From a virus (lineage: Duplodnaviria; Caudoviricetes): a stretch of DNA of 36,830 nucleotides. The translations under genes and the position numbers were made by a program. Below are positions 35,531 to 36,830 of this stretch, one piece after another. Below the pieces are notes generated by a model. It was not told the DNA's origin. It saw nothing but the letters and a program-made list of their open reading frames with translations, and made no database searches. The stretch spans positions 1-36,830 of the IMG/VR virus record IMGVR_UViG_3300023235_000063, one strand, 5' to 3'. Each line of letters opens with the position of its first letter. The stretch's first letter is position 1.

Positions 35531-35642
35531 CTTTCTCGGTTTTGCCGTCATGATCACTTCTTTAGTGTGTGCTATTATCGCTTTCCTAGAAGGAAGTGTT
35601 TTAGCGGGTGTGACATTTGTCATAGTTGTGATTGGTTTGTAG
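35523..35642 (+). CDS. 39-aa membrane microprotein
   Basis: MISFLGFAVMITSLVCAIIAFLEGSVLAGVTFVIVVIGL; overlaps the upstream stop; not in ORF track. Confidence 0.45.
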   Translation: MISFLGFAVMITSLVCAIIAFLEGSVLAGVTFVIVVIGL

Positions 35643-35686
35643 GTTCTTAGGGCAACTGGAAAGATTGGAGACTGATAAATATCAGT

Positions 35687-36190
35687 ATGAAAAAGATTCT
35701 CATCTCAGCAGTAGCTGCTATCTCAATCCTTTCTGGCTCTGCGTATGCGGCCAGCACGGCAAATATCACCATCACCGGTACTGTTCCACAGATTCTTAAC
35801 ATCTTTGTAACAAACCAAGCATCAACATTTGACCTTTCGACGGCAGTAACTGCTGGAGCTGTTGCTTCTATAAAAGTTATTAGCAACCGTAGAGCTGGCT
35901 ATACTGTTACAGTTACAAGTGGCAACCAAGGATCTAGCAACTGCCCGACTACAAATGGTGCTTGTTTCTATAGTCCGACTACTACTGAGAAACTTGCTTT
36001 AACAGTTAAGCGTGACGCTGCAACTGTAAGCTTCACTGGAGCTTCTGGACAGTTTGCCACAAAGACAACTAAGTCAGCTCCTGGTGGCGATGTTTACTCT
36101 GCCACAGTAGCATTTGACGGTTCTCAAACAGTTCTTTCTAAAGGAACTGATTACACTGAAACGCTAACGTTCTCGGCTACAGTCAACTAA
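35687..36190 (+). CDS. Secreted beta-sandwich protein resembling chaperone-usher pilin subunits
   Basis: Sec signal ending AYA; N-terminal alternating strand TANITITGTV; Cys pair; C-terminal G.DY.ETLTFS strand. Confidence 0.65.
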   Translation: MKKILISAVAAISILSGSAYAASTANITITGTVPQILNIFVTNQASTFDLSTAVTAGAVASIKVISNRRAGYTVTVTSGNQGSSNCPTTNGACFYSPTTTEKLALTVKRDAATVSFTGASGQFATKTTKSAPGGDVYSATVAFDGSQTVLSKGTDYTETLTFSATVN

Positions 36191-36217
36191 AGACTTCGAA
36201 AATGTGGATTTTTTGTT

Positions 36218-36652
36218 ATGATTTTCCAGTTGAAAAACGTTGCTGCAAAAGCTCGTAAGCAGCTAATAAAATTTTCTAAAGAATACCCTGAGTGCGGTGA
36301 CAATAAGACCATGCAAGGTTACTGCGCTATTGCGAGCTGGTTAGTACACGGTATTGCAAAATCGCATGGTCTAAAAATTTCTATGATCGGCGGCCAGGCC
36401 TTTGTTAAAATCGTTCCTAACGACATAACAACGAATCATGTTTGGTGCGAAGGTTATGGCCATGTGGTCGATATCACGGTACAACAGTTCCGTTCATCGT
36501 TTCCAGCAATATACATTATTCCAAAAAATCAGTACTATAACACAGCTTTGAATCAAGATTTGCTTATGATCGATCTAAAAAACTGGTCCGGTGTCAACAG
36601 CCCACTACACTATCGAAAAGAACTAGAAAAACTTATCAAAGAAGCCGCATAG
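36218..36652 (+). CDS. Hypothetical protein with papain/transglutaminase-like Cys-His-Asp motif
   Basis: GYCAIAS ... NHVW ... VVDIT..QF. Confidence 0.65.
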   Translation: MIFQLKNVAAKARKQLIKFSKEYPECGDNKTMQGYCAIASWLVHGIAKSHGLKISMIGGQAFVKIVPNDITTNHVWCEGYGHVVDITVQQFRSSFPAIYIIPKNQYYNTALNQDLLMIDLKNWSGVNSPLHYRKELEKLIKEAA

Positions 36653-36657
36653 TCTCG

Positions 36658-36686
36658 TTGACATTCTCATTCAGTTTTGATAGAAT
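36658..36686 (+). promoter_or_regulatory. Early promoter
   Basis: TTGACA-N17-TAGAAT with TG extension. Confidence 0.82.
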
Positions 36687-36709
36687 ATTATTTAATGTAG
36701 GAGTTTGAT

Positions 36710-36830
36710 ATGCGCAGTTTCATCAAAATCGACGACAATATTGTAGACGCCGAACGGGAAAAGCGTATTTTAACAGGTCGACACAAGCCTAAGCCGTACA
36801 CAGAATGGCGAGAATTAACGTTTGACGAGC
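36710..36830 (+). CDS. Hypothetical protein (partial, runs off right edge)
   Basis: SD AGGAG, ATG 36710, MRSFIKIDDNIVDAEREKRIL... open to the window end. Confidence 0.65.
   Translation, partial: MRSFIKIDDNIVDAEREKRILTGRHKPKPYTEWRELTFDE

Noticed and set aside
1-36830. Alternative genetic code or introns/inteins
   Set aside because: Core genes are full length under the standard code, with TAA, TAG and TGA all used as stops, and no interruptions were noticed

Overview
This window is a fragment of a T4-like (myovirus) phage genome, roughly 40% GC. Positions 1-23061 are the late tail/baseplate module: tail-fibre-like genes, a 2025-aa DUF4815/VrlC-like virion protein, gp8, gp7, gp6, gp25, PAAR, gp5 without a lysozyme domain, a hub protein, gp53 and gp48, then divergently gp4, gp2, gp54, gp26, gp51 and a tape-measure protein. 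Positions 23058-36830 are an early/accessory region with gp33, gp59 and gp32 plus many small ORFs behind sigma70-type promoters. Highlights: (1) a complete circularly permuted two-piece tmRNA gene of alphaproteobacterial type (tag ANDNEALALAA), with a phage CCA-adding enzyme in the same region, suggesting a translation-rescue/tRNA-repair module and an alphaproteobacterial host; (2) a U-UUU-UUC -1 frameshift site that would fuse 'gp26' to 'gp51' just before the tape measure, like lambda G/GT chaperones; (3) a probable capsid-targeted internal protein next to the tmRNA; (4) a secreted pilin-like protein; (5) strong Ala-Asn dipeptide enrichment in exposed virion proteins; (6) apparently leaderless early genes; (7) face-to-face late promoters forming a perfect inverted repeat. 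Family calls come from motif recognition and gene order only; no searches were run.
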